A stretch of DNA of 34,855 nucleotides from an uncultured Candidatus Saccharibacteria bacterium. Lineage in GTDB: Bacteria > Patescibacteriota > Minisyncoccia > Phycocordibacterales > VMEP01. The stretch lies in NCBI GenBank assembly GCA_964414265.1, contig CAYPVT010000002.1, positions 1 to 34,855 on the forward strand, read 5' to 3'. Both the position numbers and the translations under genes were made by a program. Positions 1-8,055 of this stretch are shown piece after piece. How positions within the stretch are numbered: the first letter of the stretch is position 1; every line of letters starts with the position of its first letter. Under the pieces are notes generated by a model that did not search any database, was not told the origin of the DNA, and saw nothing but the letters and a program-made list of their open reading frames with translations.

Positions 1-755
1 GTGATTTTATTTTGAAGATAAAGCGCTAAATATTTATATTCCAACCCGAGTGATTCTAGTCTTTTCCACGCCACTCCGTTTTTATGAAGATTTTTTACTT
101 CAGCCACCATCCCTTTTTTAATTCGCGAAAGTAGGCGAATATGAACTTTCTTTTTTAGGATTTCGTCCGATAAATCAAGACCAATTTTTAAGACATCCCA
201 ACTTGGAGGCTTCGCCTCCAAGTGAGGGACTTTACCCAAAGCAGTGGCTATTTCAATAGCGCGGATAAGACGTCGTGGATTGTTCGCGTCAATTTCTTTT
301 GCGCGACGTGAATCTAATTTTTTTAAAATCGTAAATAATTGAGATACGGTTTTTTTCTCAAGTTCTTTTCGTAATTTTTTATTTGGAGGCACTTCTGGCA
401 CTACAATATTTTTCAATACCGCGTCTATGTACAAACCTGTACCACCGCAAATGATTGGGAGTTTTCCTCGAGAAATTATCTCGCCAATAGCCTTGTCTGC
501 GAGATTTTTATATTCCGAAACAGAAAATTGTTTTTTTGGACTAGTAACATCAAGTAAATGGTGCGGAATACCCCGCATTTCTTTTTTGGTTATTTTTCCG
601 CTACCCAAATCAAGTCCACGATAGATTTGGCGCGAGTCGGCTGAAATCACTTCTCCACCCCATTTTTGGGCGAGAAGAACGGCCAAGTCACTTTTCCCTG
701 TTGCTGTTTTGCCCAAAACGGCGATAATCTTTGGCTTTTTTAGATTCTTTTTCAT
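1..755 (-). CDS. miaA: tRNA dimethylallyltransferase MiaA, C-terminus cut by the window edge
   Basis: Not in the ORF track because it runs off the window. Hand translation of the minus strand from the ATG at 755 gives MKKNLKKPKIIAVLGKTATGKSDLAVLLAQKWGGEVISADSRQIYRGLDLGSGKITKKEMRGIPHHLLDV... This has the P-loop, DSRQIY and PHHL motifs typical of MiaA. The frame stays open to base 1. Confidence 0.85.
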   Translation of the reverse strand, partial: MKKNLKKPKIIAVLGKTATGKSDLAVLLAQKWGGEVISADSRQIYRGLDLGSGKITKKEMRGIPHHLLDVTSPKKQFSVSEYKNLADKAIGEIISRGKLPIICGGTGLYIDAVLKNIVVPEVPPNKKLRKELEKKTVSQLFTILKKLDSRRAKEIDANNPRRLIRAIEIATALGKVPHLEAKPPSWDVLKIGLDLSDEILKKKVHIRLLSRIKKGMVAEVKNLHKNGVAWKRLESLGLEYKYLALYLQNKI

Positions 756-858
756 TAAACCTAACGCTACCATATTTGCGGTTTTGCGCGATACGGAGTA
801 CATGTATATAATAGCCAAGTAAGAAATTTAAACATTATAAAAATTAATTAAAAAATAT

Positions 859-1395
859 ATGAATCAAGAAGGAAAAAATGTTCCGAACGTAGTGTTCAAA
901 ACAAGAGTGCGTGATGAAAGTGTTGAAGGTCCAAACCCATATCGTTGGCAAGATGTTTCTTCAGACGATATTTTTAAAGGAAAGAAAGTTGTAGTTTTTG
1001 CTCTTCCTGGAGCATTCACTCCAACTTGTTCCTCAACTCACTTGCCAGGTTATGAAGCGGCTTATGACGAGTTAAAAGGACTTGGGGTTGATGAAGTTTA
1101 TTGTCTTTCTGTTAATGACGCTTTCGTTATGTTTCAGTGGGGCCTAATCCAGGGAATAAAAAACGTAAAAATGTTACCAGATGGATCGGGTGAGTTTACT
1201 CGAGCAATTGGAATGCTTGTTAAAAAAGACAACCTTGGTTTTGGGGAGCGTTCTTGGCGTTACAGCATGTACGTTGAAGACGGCATAGTTAAGAAAATAT
1301 TTTCTGAAGAAGGCCTCTCGGATAATTGCGAAACGGACCCGTTCCAAGTTTCAGGTGCAGTAACCATGATTAATTATTTGAAAGAGAATAAGTAG
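859..1395 (+). CDS. Peroxiredoxin, Prx5-like (AhpC/TSA family)
   Basis: 178 aa ORF with the PGAFTPTCS peroxidatic-Cys motif and the length typical of Prx5-type peroxiredoxins. Confidence 0.85.
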   Translation: MNQEGKNVPNVVFKTRVRDESVEGPNPYRWQDVSSDDIFKGKKVVVFALPGAFTPTCSSTHLPGYEAAYDELKGLGVDEVYCLSVNDAFVMFQWGLIQGIKNVKMLPDGSGEFTRAIGMLVKKDNLGFGERSWRYSMYVEDGIVKKIFSEEGLSDNCETDPFQVSGAVTMINYLKENK

Positions 1396-1398
1396 CTC

Positions 1399-1427
1399 TT
1401 GACTGCGTAGTGCATATTCTCTAGTCT
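1399..1427 (+). promoter_or_regulatory. Possible sigma70-type promoter (TTGACT, 17 nt spacer, TAGTCT) for the small-ORF unit
   Basis: TTGACT at 1399-1404, a 17 nt spacer, then TAGTCT at 1422-1427. It lies directly downstream of the peroxiredoxin stop. Confidence 0.3.
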
Positions 1428-1464
1428 AAGCATCAGATTCGTCACAACCAAAGGAGGAGTGATC

Positions 1465-1521
1465 ATGTGTCGCATTCTCGTTGTTTTTGCTTTGCTGTGT
1501 GGTTTCAGTAAGGCCTTTTAA
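1465..1521 (+). CDS. Candidate 18 aa hydrophobic peptide (MCRILVVFALLCGFSKAF)
   Basis: AAGGAGG lies 7 nt upstream of the ATG at 1465. The ORF is below the track cutoff and sits in a GC-rich segment. Confidence 0.3.
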   Translation: MCRILVVFALLCGFSKAF

Positions 1522-1558
1522 GTATGGAATTCTCGATGCGTCGTTTGAGAAGGAGACA

Positions 1559-1636
1559 ATGAAACGGTACGTTCTTCTGAAGAACAGGGCTCCAGTTGCA
1601 GATGCCGGCAAGTACATGCTTGTCGTGAAGACGTGA
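1559..1636 (+). CDS. Candidate 25 aa peptide (MKRYVLLKNRAPVADAGKYMLVVKT)
   Basis: AAGGAG lies just upstream of the ATG at 1559. The TGA at 1634-1636 is followed within 20 nt by a strong terminator. Confidence 0.3.
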   Translation: MKRYVLLKNRAPVADAGKYMLVVKT

Positions 1637-1651
1637 ATTTTCCTGATAAAC

Positions 1652-1683
1652 AAAAACAGCCCCGCGGGGCTGTTTGTTTTTTT
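1652..1683. terminator. Rho-independent terminator, potentially bidirectional
   Basis: Palindrome CAGCCCCG/CGGGGCTG (1657-1672) flanked by an A-run and by TTTGTTTTTTT. Confidence 0.7.
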
Positions 1684-1753
1684 GTGCCGGGAGGGAGAAT
1701 CGGGTACAGACATCTTTTCTTGTAAATTATAACGCAATTAATAGTTAACTGGA

Positions 1754-2326
1754 TTATTTTTTAGAAAAGGAAGTTGATTTAATAAATTTCTCTACATTTT
1801 TAGAAATTCGGACGTTATACCTTGTCTTACGTTTTTCTTGTTTAATCTTATAAATTTTACCACCAAAGCCAGTTATTGATATTAATTCTTTAGTGTCAAA
1901 AGCTAGGTTTTTTATTGTTGTCACGAAATTAACCATTTTATATCCTCGATCAGTGTATATTGAACCATCCGTTTGAAGTAAACCCAATAAACATAACTTG
2001 GATAATTTTTTATCCTCCTTTATCCATAAAGGAACAGAGACATTTTGTTTGTATTTTTCTCCGACATTCCAACCAAGCATCTCAGGCCATTTGTTTGAGT
2101 AACAACTTATGTCTATGTAATTTTTATGCCTGTTTATTATAGAAACTTTATTTTTTGGAAGAATTATTTTTATTGATTCCGAAATAGACTTAATTATTTG
2201 AGGATATTTTGTATCACAAGTAACGCGTAAACGGACAGCCCTTCCGTTTGGGTTTGATAGGTTACCATCCCCGAGAGCTATTCCTACTATGTACGCAAGG
2301 TCTTTTTTGTGAGAAAGACTAACCAT
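1754..2326 (-). CDS. Double-motif LAGLIDADG homing endonuclease, free-standing
   Basis: Two LAGLIDADG motifs (IVGIALGDGNL and LLGLLQTDGSI) in about 190 aa. The track ORF start at 2359 lies inside the tRNA-Leu gene. The ATG at 2326 (MVSLSHKKDLAYIVG...) is the first start outside the tRNA. Confidence 0.85.
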   Translation of the reverse strand: MVSLSHKKDLAYIVGIALGDGNLSNPNGRAVRLRVTCDTKYPQIIKSISESIKIILPKNKVSIINRHKNYIDISCYSNKWPEMLGWNVGEKYKQNVSVPLWIKEDKKLSKLCLLGLLQTDGSIYTDRGYKMVNFVTTIKNLAFDTKELISITGFGGKIYKIKQEKRKTRYNVRISKNVEKFIKSTSFSKK

Positions 2327-2332
2327 ATTTTG

Positions 2333-2414
2333 TGGGCGAGGAGGGACTTGAACCCTCACGGCCTAAGGCCACACGATTTTGAGTCGTGATCGTCTACCAT
2401 TCCGACACTCGCCC
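2333..2414 (-). tRNA. tRNA-Leu (anticodon CAA), no encoded CCA
   Basis: The reverse complement folds by eye: acceptor GGGCGAG/CTCGCCC, anticodon arm CACGA-CTCAAAA-TCGTG, long variable arm GGCC-TTA-GGCC, and T arm GAGGG-TTCAAGT-CCCTC. Confidence 0.9.
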
Positions 2415-2424
2415 TTATAAAATC

Positions 2425-2452
2425 ATTATATCAGAAGCCTTAACTTTGTTAA
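2425..2452 (-). promoter_or_regulatory. Likely tRNA-Leu promoter (TTAACA, 16 nt spacer, TGaTATAAT)
   Basis: On the minus strand the extended -10 TGATATAAT has its hexamer at 2430-2425, 10 nt upstream of the tRNA 5' end. A -35-like TTAACA lies at 2452-2447. Confidence 0.4.
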
Positions 2453-2482
2453 TTGACTATTTGTGATAATATTTAATCTAAT

Positions 2483-3484
2483 ATGTCCCAATTTCGCAAT
2501 GACTCAGTTTTTTGGATAGAAGTTGAAAAAATCAAACCAAATCCGTATCAACCACGACGGGAGTTTGATGAATTGAAACTAAAAGATCTTTCAGATTCTA
2601 TTCGCCAATATGGAGTGCTTCAGCCGATTGTTATTACGCGTCGCGAAGTGGAACGTGAAGACGGCGGTCTTTCCGCAGAATACGAACTTGTCGCAGGCGA
2701 ACGACGTTTGCGCGCAGCCAAGATGGCGGGGATTGCTCAAATACCAGCCGTTATCCGCGCAGTTGAAGATGACGCTAAAACAAAACTTGAACTCGCTATT
2801 ATCGAAAACCTTCAGAGAGAAGATTTAAATCCTGTTGATCGTGCCGTAGCCTTCGATCGCCTAAGAGATGAATTTGGTTATAAGCACGCAGAGATTGCCA
2901 AAAAGGTGGGTAAGAGTCGTGAATATGTTTCAAACACGATGCGACTACTCTTGCTTTCAGACGAGATGAGACAAGGTTTGGCTCAAGGAAAAATTTCCGA
3001 AGGACACACTCGCCCAATTTTGATGCTTGTAGACAGACCAGAAGAGCAGATGACTCTTTATAAAGAAATTGTTTTTAAACGCATTACCGTGCGCGAGGCA
3101 GAAAGTATTGCTCGTAAAATTGCGCACGACCGTGTTCGTAAAAAAGATATTATTTTTGATCCAGAAGCACTTGAGCTTGAAGGTAAAATTGCAGAAGCAC
3201 TCGGTACACGCGTTTCTCTTGAGAAAAGGGAAGTCGGCGGTAAACTTGTAATTGATTTTTACTCAAACGATGATTTACGCGCAATCTTTCAATTACTAAA
3301 CGCAAACAAAGAAGATCGCCGAGAGCTCCTAGAACAATTTATTGAAGGGCGTGAACTTGAAAATAGCATAGTTGCTATAAGTGAAGCCGAAGCGGGGATT
3401 GAAGCGCCACTCGACGATCGTTCAAAAGACGAAATACAAGAACAGGAAGAAGATTTATACTACGTGCGAAATTTCTCTCTTTAA
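2483..3484 (+). CDS. parB: Chromosome partitioning protein ParB/Spo0J
   Basis: 333 aa with the ParB-box region LQPIVITR...YELVAGERRLRAAKMAG and an HTH segment (GYKHAEIAKKVGKSREYVSNTMRLL). Confidence 0.9.
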   Translation: MSQFRNDSVFWIEVEKIKPNPYQPRREFDELKLKDLSDSIRQYGVLQPIVITRREVEREDGGLSAEYELVAGERRLRAAKMAGIAQIPAVIRAVEDDAKTKLELAIIENLQREDLNPVDRAVAFDRLRDEFGYKHAEIAKKVGKSREYVSNTMRLLLLSDEMRQGLAQGKISEGHTRPILMLVDRPEEQMTLYKEIVFKRITVREAESIARKIAHDRVRKKDIIFDPEALELEGKIAEALGTRVSLEKREVGGKLVIDFYSNDDLRAIFQLLNANKEDRRELLEQFIEGRELENSIVAISEAEAGIEAPLDDRSKDEIQEQEEDLYYVRNFSL

Positions 3485-4959
3485 TTTCCTCCCTTTAAAA
3501 ACTTAGCGAATTGATTAGCCAAACCCTCTTGGGTATGTAGTTTTATTTGTTTCCTAGCAAAAGCAGTTTTAGAGAATTCAAGCCATTTTGTTGATGGTTT
3601 GCTTCCTTCTTTGGTTATTATTTCCACAATGTCAGCATTCTTTAGTTTGGTGTTAAGCGCGACTAGTTTTCCATTAACCTTTGCTCCAAAGACGTGATTT
3701 CCAACATCAGAGTGAATTGCATACGCAAAATCAATTGGGGAGGATTCTTCTGGAAGCTCAATAACATCACCCTTTGGGGTGAAAACGAAAACACGATTTT
3801 TAAAGAAATCTGTTTTTAAGTGTTCCAAAAATTCACCACTTTTAGAAACATTTTTTTGCCACTCTGTTAGTTCTTGAATCCATTCAAGTTTTTTACTCAT
3901 GTGTTCTTCTTTCGGTTTGTTTTTACCAACTTCTTTATATCCCAAATGTGAGGCAATACCGAACTCTGCCTCCTCGTGCATTTCCTTTGTTCTTATTTGA
4001 ATTTCAACCGTTCCTCCATCACCAGAAAAAACCGTTGTGTGAATACTTTGATATCCGTTTGGTTTTGGTAGGGCGATATAATCTTTTATTCTTCCGGGAA
4101 GAGGACGCCATTTTTTATGAATTACCCCAAGGGCACGATAACAATCTTCAATTGTTGGCACGACAATACGTAAGGCAACAAGATCATATATCTTATCAAT
4201 ATCCATTTCGTGTCGTTTTAGTTTGAGGTATAAGCTCCAAAGATGTTTTACGCGCGAATCAGTTTTAAAATTTTTTATTCCACTTATAGCCAACTCCTTC
4301 CTAAGAGAGCGTTTTATTTTTTCTGCTTCTAATTCACTTGCTGTGGCGCGTTCTTTTAAAAGTTTTTTAACTTGTTCAAATTCTTTTGGATATGCATATT
4401 CAAAAGAATAGTCCTCGAGTTCTCCTTGAATTCTTCCAATACCAAGGCGATTGGCAATTGGGGCATATATCTCAAGTGTTTCAAGCGCGATGCGTTTTCG
4501 TTTTGCCTCCGGTACGTGTTTTAAGGTGCTCACGTTATGAAGACGGTCTGCGAGTTTAATAATAATAACTCGAGCATCTTGTCCCGTTGCAATAAAGAAT
4601 TTACGAAGACTCTCAACATGTCTTTCAACTCCGTGATATTTTAGTTTTCCGAGTTTGGTGACACCTTTAACCAGAAAAGAAATTTCCGGACCAAACTCTT
4701 TTAATATTTCTTCGTCTGAAACATTTGAATCTTCAACTGTGTCATGAAGAAGTCCTGCGGCGATAGTTTTCGCGTCCATGTGAAGGAGTGCAAGATTTTT
4801 GGCGACCTCCACGACATGGGATTCAAAATACGATTCTCCGGAAAAACGTTTTTGATCGCCATGTGATTTTTTTGCGAAAGAATAAGCCTTCTCAATAAGC
4901 GCTTCGTTTTCCTTCGTCCTTTTGGACATGTGGTCGATAATATCTTTCGCAGAGCTCAT
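3481..4959 (-). CDS. rel: Bifunctional (p)ppGpp synthetase/hydrolase, RelA/SpoT homologue lacking an ACT domain
   Basis: HD hydrolase motif (LLHDTVED), synthetase motif (RIKDYIALPKPNGYQSIHT) and a TGS domain (VFTPKGDVIELPEESSPIDFAYAIHSDVG). The track start at 4995 is a TTG. The ATG at 4959 (MSSAKDII...) is preferred. Confidence 0.88.
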   Translation of the reverse strand: MSSAKDIIDHMSKRTKENEALIEKAYSFAKKSHGDQKRFSGESYFESHVVEVAKNLALLHMDAKTIAAGLLHDTVEDSNVSDEEILKEFGPEISFLVKGVTKLGKLKYHGVERHVESLRKFFIATGQDARVIIIKLADRLHNVSTLKHVPEAKRKRIALETLEIYAPIANRLGIGRIQGELEDYSFEYAYPKEFEQVKKLLKERATASELEAEKIKRSLRKELAISGIKNFKTDSRVKHLWSLYLKLKRHEMDIDKIYDLVALRIVVPTIEDCYRALGVIHKKWRPLPGRIKDYIALPKPNGYQSIHTTVFSGDGGTVEIQIRTKEMHEEAEFGIASHLGYKEVGKNKPKEEHMSKKLEWIQELTEWQKNVSKSGEFLEHLKTDFFKNRVFVFTPKGDVIELPEESSPIDFAYAIHSDVGNHVFGAKVNGKLVALNTKLKNADIVEIITKEGSKPSTKWLEFSKTAFARKQIKLHTQEGLANQFAKFLKGGN

Positions 4960-5000
4960 AAAAACAATAGTAGAGCTTCGCGCTTGTTTTCGCAAATCAA

Positions 5001-7241
5001 TTAATCTATTTTCTTTTTTCCTTTCTTCTCTTCTAATTTATGCGGATTATGCATTGGACATACTTTATTGCTACATCTCTCTGGAATCGTTTTTGTGCCC
5101 TCCATCATTAGTGAATCGCAGAGCTTACAGATTTTACCTGTTGGTCTTGCTTTGATAGCGTTTTTACAGCCTGGATAGTCTGAACATGAATAGAAGACAC
5201 CAAAACGGCCACGGCGTTCAATCATCTCACCTTTTTTACATGTTGGACAAGTAACCCCAGTTTTTCCTTTGGCTTCTTCTTCTGCGCTTTTTTTAATGAA
5301 TTTACATTTTGGATAATTTGCGCAAGCGATAAATTTACCAAAGCGTCCTTCACGCTCAATTAACTTCCCTCCCGCCTGCTTGCCACGCGCGGGCAGGTTT
5401 CCACAAGACGGACAAATTTCTCCCGTTTCTTTTGGCCCTTCAAGTTCAGTTCCGTCTAATTTTCTTGCTCCAATACAATCTGGGAATTTTGAACAAGAAA
5501 GGAATTTTCCACTTTTACTTAGTTTTATAACCATTAAGCTTCCACACTTCGGACATTTAATGCTTGGGTCGGCGTCTCCTAGGTTTGTTAGTTTAGCGAT
5601 TTTATCTTTTGACTTTACGTCTTTAGAAAATGGTTTATAGAAATCACGAAGAGTTTTTTCGTAATCACGCTTGCCATCGGCAATATCATCCAACTTATCT
5701 TCCATTTCAGCAGTGAAAGAATCGCTTATATAGTTTTCAAAATTTTGTTCAAGGAAAGTACTAACAACTTCGCCAACATCTGTTCCTCGAAGGGATCGTC
5801 CTTCTTTTTCCACATACTCACGCTCGAGGATTGTTTTGATAATCGCCGCGTAAGTTGAAGGACGACCAATTCCTCTTTTTTCGAGTTCTTTAATAAGACC
5901 AGCTTCGGTGTAGCGATTTGGTGGTTCAGTTTGTTTTTCTTCTTCATCTATAGATATGAGCGCTAGTGGCTCGTCTACTGAAGTTACCGGAAGCTCAACA
6001 TCGTCTTCTCTTGAGTCTTTGTCTGCTTCAAGCCACCCCAAGAATAATATTCGGTGTCCCGTTGCGGTGAAATCAGGAATATCGCCCTTCTTTATATTTG
6101 CGGTTATTTTTGTACGCAACATTAAGGCATCTGTCATTTGAGATGCGACCGTGCGTTGCCATATTAAATGATAGAGCTTTTTCTCGGCGTCGTTTGAACC
6201 ACGCTCTTCAAAAGAAGCGTCGGTTGGACGAATTGCCTCGTGCGCCTCTTGAGCGTTTTTACTTTTTGTTTTAAATACGCGAGCTGTTACAAATTTTTCT
6301 CCAAACCTTTTACCAACCATGGCAATGATTTGCGTTTGAGCTTCCTTTGATAAGTTTGGGCTATCAGTACGCATGTAGGTTATATAACCTGCTTCGTAAA
6401 GACGCTGTGCAAGCGACATTGTTCTAGATGGAGCAAAACCAAGCCTCGAGCTTGCAGCTTGCTGAAGCGTTGAAGTAATGAACGGTGGGCGAGGAGAGCG
6501 AGAAGTTTCAGACTCTTCCAGTTTTTTAACAAACCAATCTTCTTTTTTCCCTAAAGCAAGAATGTTCTTAACAATACTTTCTTCCCGTGGTTCTTCCGTG
6601 CAGGTAACAATAAGTGATGCTTTCTTTTTTGTTTTTACGTTTGCTCTTATAACCCAATATTTTTCTGGGATGAATGCGCGGATTTCACGTTCGCGCTCTA
6701 TTACTATACGCAAAGCAGGAGATTGCACGCGCCCAGCGGAAAGTCCGTAGCGAACCTTTTTCCAAATAAGACCAGAAAGGTCATAGCCGAAAAGTCGGTC
6801 TAGTACACGGCGCGCTTCCTGAGCTTTTCGTAAATCTGTATCAATGTCGCGTGGGTGCTTGAGGGCTTCCTTAACCGCGCTTTCTGTAATTTCGTTAAAA
6901 ACAATTCTCTTGATTGGGGTTTTCTTTTTTATTGACGACATCAGGATTTCCTTCACGTGCCAAGCAATAGCTTCTCCTTCACGGTCGGGGTCGGAAGCAA
7001 GTATTATCTCAGAGGCTTTAGAAGCTTCTTTTTGGAGCTCAGCAACAACCTTTTCTTTTCCTTTAGAAATCTCGTAGCGTGGAATAAAACCACCCTCAAT
7101 ATCGATGGCGGTTTTATTACTTTTTGGCAGGTCGCGAACATGTCCGACACTGGCCAAAACGGTATAATCTTTCCCAACATATTTGGAAATTGTTTTTGAT
7201 TTTGCTGGTGATTCAACTATAAGAAGTTTAGTCATTGACAT
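5001..7241 (-). CDS. topA: DNA topoisomerase I with several C-terminal Zn ribbons
   Basis: TOPRIM domain (LLIVESPAKSKTISKY, SDPDREGEAIAWH), active-site region GYITYMRTDS, and repeated CxxC...CxxC motifs at the C-terminus. The likely start is MSMTKLLIVESP at 7241. The track start at 7346 adds a non-conserved 35 aa extension. Confidence 0.93.
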   Translation of the reverse strand: MSMTKLLIVESPAKSKTISKYVGKDYTVLASVGHVRDLPKSNKTAIDIEGGFIPRYEISKGKEKVVAELQKEASKASEIILASDPDREGEAIAWHVKEILMSSIKKKTPIKRIVFNEITESAVKEALKHPRDIDTDLRKAQEARRVLDRLFGYDLSGLIWKKVRYGLSAGRVQSPALRIVIEREREIRAFIPEKYWVIRANVKTKKKASLIVTCTEEPREESIVKNILALGKKEDWFVKKLEESETSRSPRPPFITSTLQQAASSRLGFAPSRTMSLAQRLYEAGYITYMRTDSPNLSKEAQTQIIAMVGKRFGEKFVTARVFKTKSKNAQEAHEAIRPTDASFEERGSNDAEKKLYHLIWQRTVASQMTDALMLRTKITANIKKGDIPDFTATGHRILFLGWLEADKDSREDDVELPVTSVDEPLALISIDEEEKQTEPPNRYTEAGLIKELEKRGIGRPSTYAAIIKTILEREYVEKEGRSLRGTDVGEVVSTFLEQNFENYISDSFTAEMEDKLDDIADGKRDYEKTLRDFYKPFSKDVKSKDKIAKLTNLGDADPSIKCPKCGSLMVIKLSKSGKFLSCSKFPDCIGARKLDGTELEGPKETGEICPSCGNLPARGKQAGGKLIEREGRFGKFIACANYPKCKFIKKSAEEEAKGKTGVTCPTCKKGEMIERRGRFGVFYSCSDYPGCKNAIKARPTGKICKLCDSLMMEGTKTIPERCSNKVCPMHNPHKLEEKKGKKKID

Positions 7242-7496
7242 AACTTGTACAACATTAAATTTATTTTTGCAAATTTTTGAAATACTTTCTTTTTTAAAAA
7301 CACGCATATCTGTCTGTTGACAGATTGCTATACTCGCGCCACGCATAATTTCTTGCTAGAAATTTGCGCGACCCCGACTCGGCTCGCCAGCCTCCGTCTC
7401 TCAATTGCTTTACTTGTCGCAATTGAGCTTCAGGCTCCGTAATGTTTTTAAAAACGAAAGTATGGTGGCAGGAATTAGCCCTTTAAAATTAGCAAC

Positions 7497-7526
7497 AAAA
7501 AAACTCGCGTGAAGCGAGTTTTTTTG
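7497..7526. terminator. Bidirectional rho-independent terminator downstream of the pilin gene
   Basis: ACTCGC-gtgaa-GCGAGT hairpin flanked by an A7 run and a T6 run. Confidence 0.7.
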
Positions 7527-7545
7527 TTTTAAAGCCTGTAAAAAA

Positions 7546-8010
7546 TTACGGCTTATAGTCAACAATTAACGTAGGTGTATCGGCACCACTAAAATCAGCG
7601 CCGCTACCTGTGCAGGCAGTTCCTGCTGATGCATCGGCATCGCTTGCCAACGAATCATTTGCTCCTTCAAGTGTAGCTCCTAAGTGGTAGCTATCACATA
7701 TTGAACCTGTACCAAGACCTGCATACATGTACGGTGTTGATGTACTTGATGGGTCAACTGGAACAGCTGCTAAGAAACCACCCGTTACAAGACCTGAAAG
7801 GGCTGTAGGGTATTGCTTGTTTGTATCGAAGTAAAGCGTAAGAGCAGTTCGAACACTTCCTAAGTCGCCAACGCGCTTTGCGTCACGTGCTTTGGCTCGA
7901 GCTGAGTTTAAGCTTGCCAAGACGATACTCGACAAAATTCCAATAATTGCAATCACGACTAATAATTCTACGAGCGTAAAGCCGCTCTCGCTTTTTCTTG
8001 TTTTCATCAT
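7546..8010 (-). CDS. Type IV pilin / prepilin-type N-terminal methylation domain protein
   Basis: N-terminus MMKTRKSESG|FTLVELLVVIAIIGILSSIVLASL is a classical prepilin peptidase site followed by the hydrophobic helix. Confidence 0.8.
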   Translation of the reverse strand: MMKTRKSESGFTLVELLVVIAIIGILSSIVLASLNSARAKARDAKRVGDLGSVRTALTLYFDTNKQYPTALSGLVTGGFLAAVPVDPSSTSTPYMYAGLGTGSICDSYHLGATLEGANDSLASDADASAGTACTGSGADFSGADTPTLIVDYKP

Positions 8011-8055
8011 AACCCATTTAGTATAGCAAATAAAAAGAACAATAACGCAAGGTTT

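Noticed and set aside
1688-1701. Possible degenerate copy of the tRNA-Leu 3' end (TGTGCCGGGAGGGA versus TGGGCGAGGAGGGA) that would bound the LAGLIDADG gene like an att site
   Set aside because: Only 11 of 14 positions match, and similarity is lost beyond that. This is too weak to distinguish from chance without a statistical search.
1426-1737. 103 aa minus-strand ORF between the peroxiredoxin and LAGLIDADG genes
   Set aside because: It has no SD or promoter and is translated straight through the strong terminator palindrome at 1652-1683. It lies antisense to two SD-led micro-ORFs, and its composition looks like noise.
2327-2359. N-terminal extension of the LAGLIDADG ORF in the track (start at 2359)
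   Set aside because: The extension (MRVQVPPRPQN) is encoded by the T arm and acceptor stem of tRNA-Leu. The internal ATG at 2326 lies just outside the tRNA.
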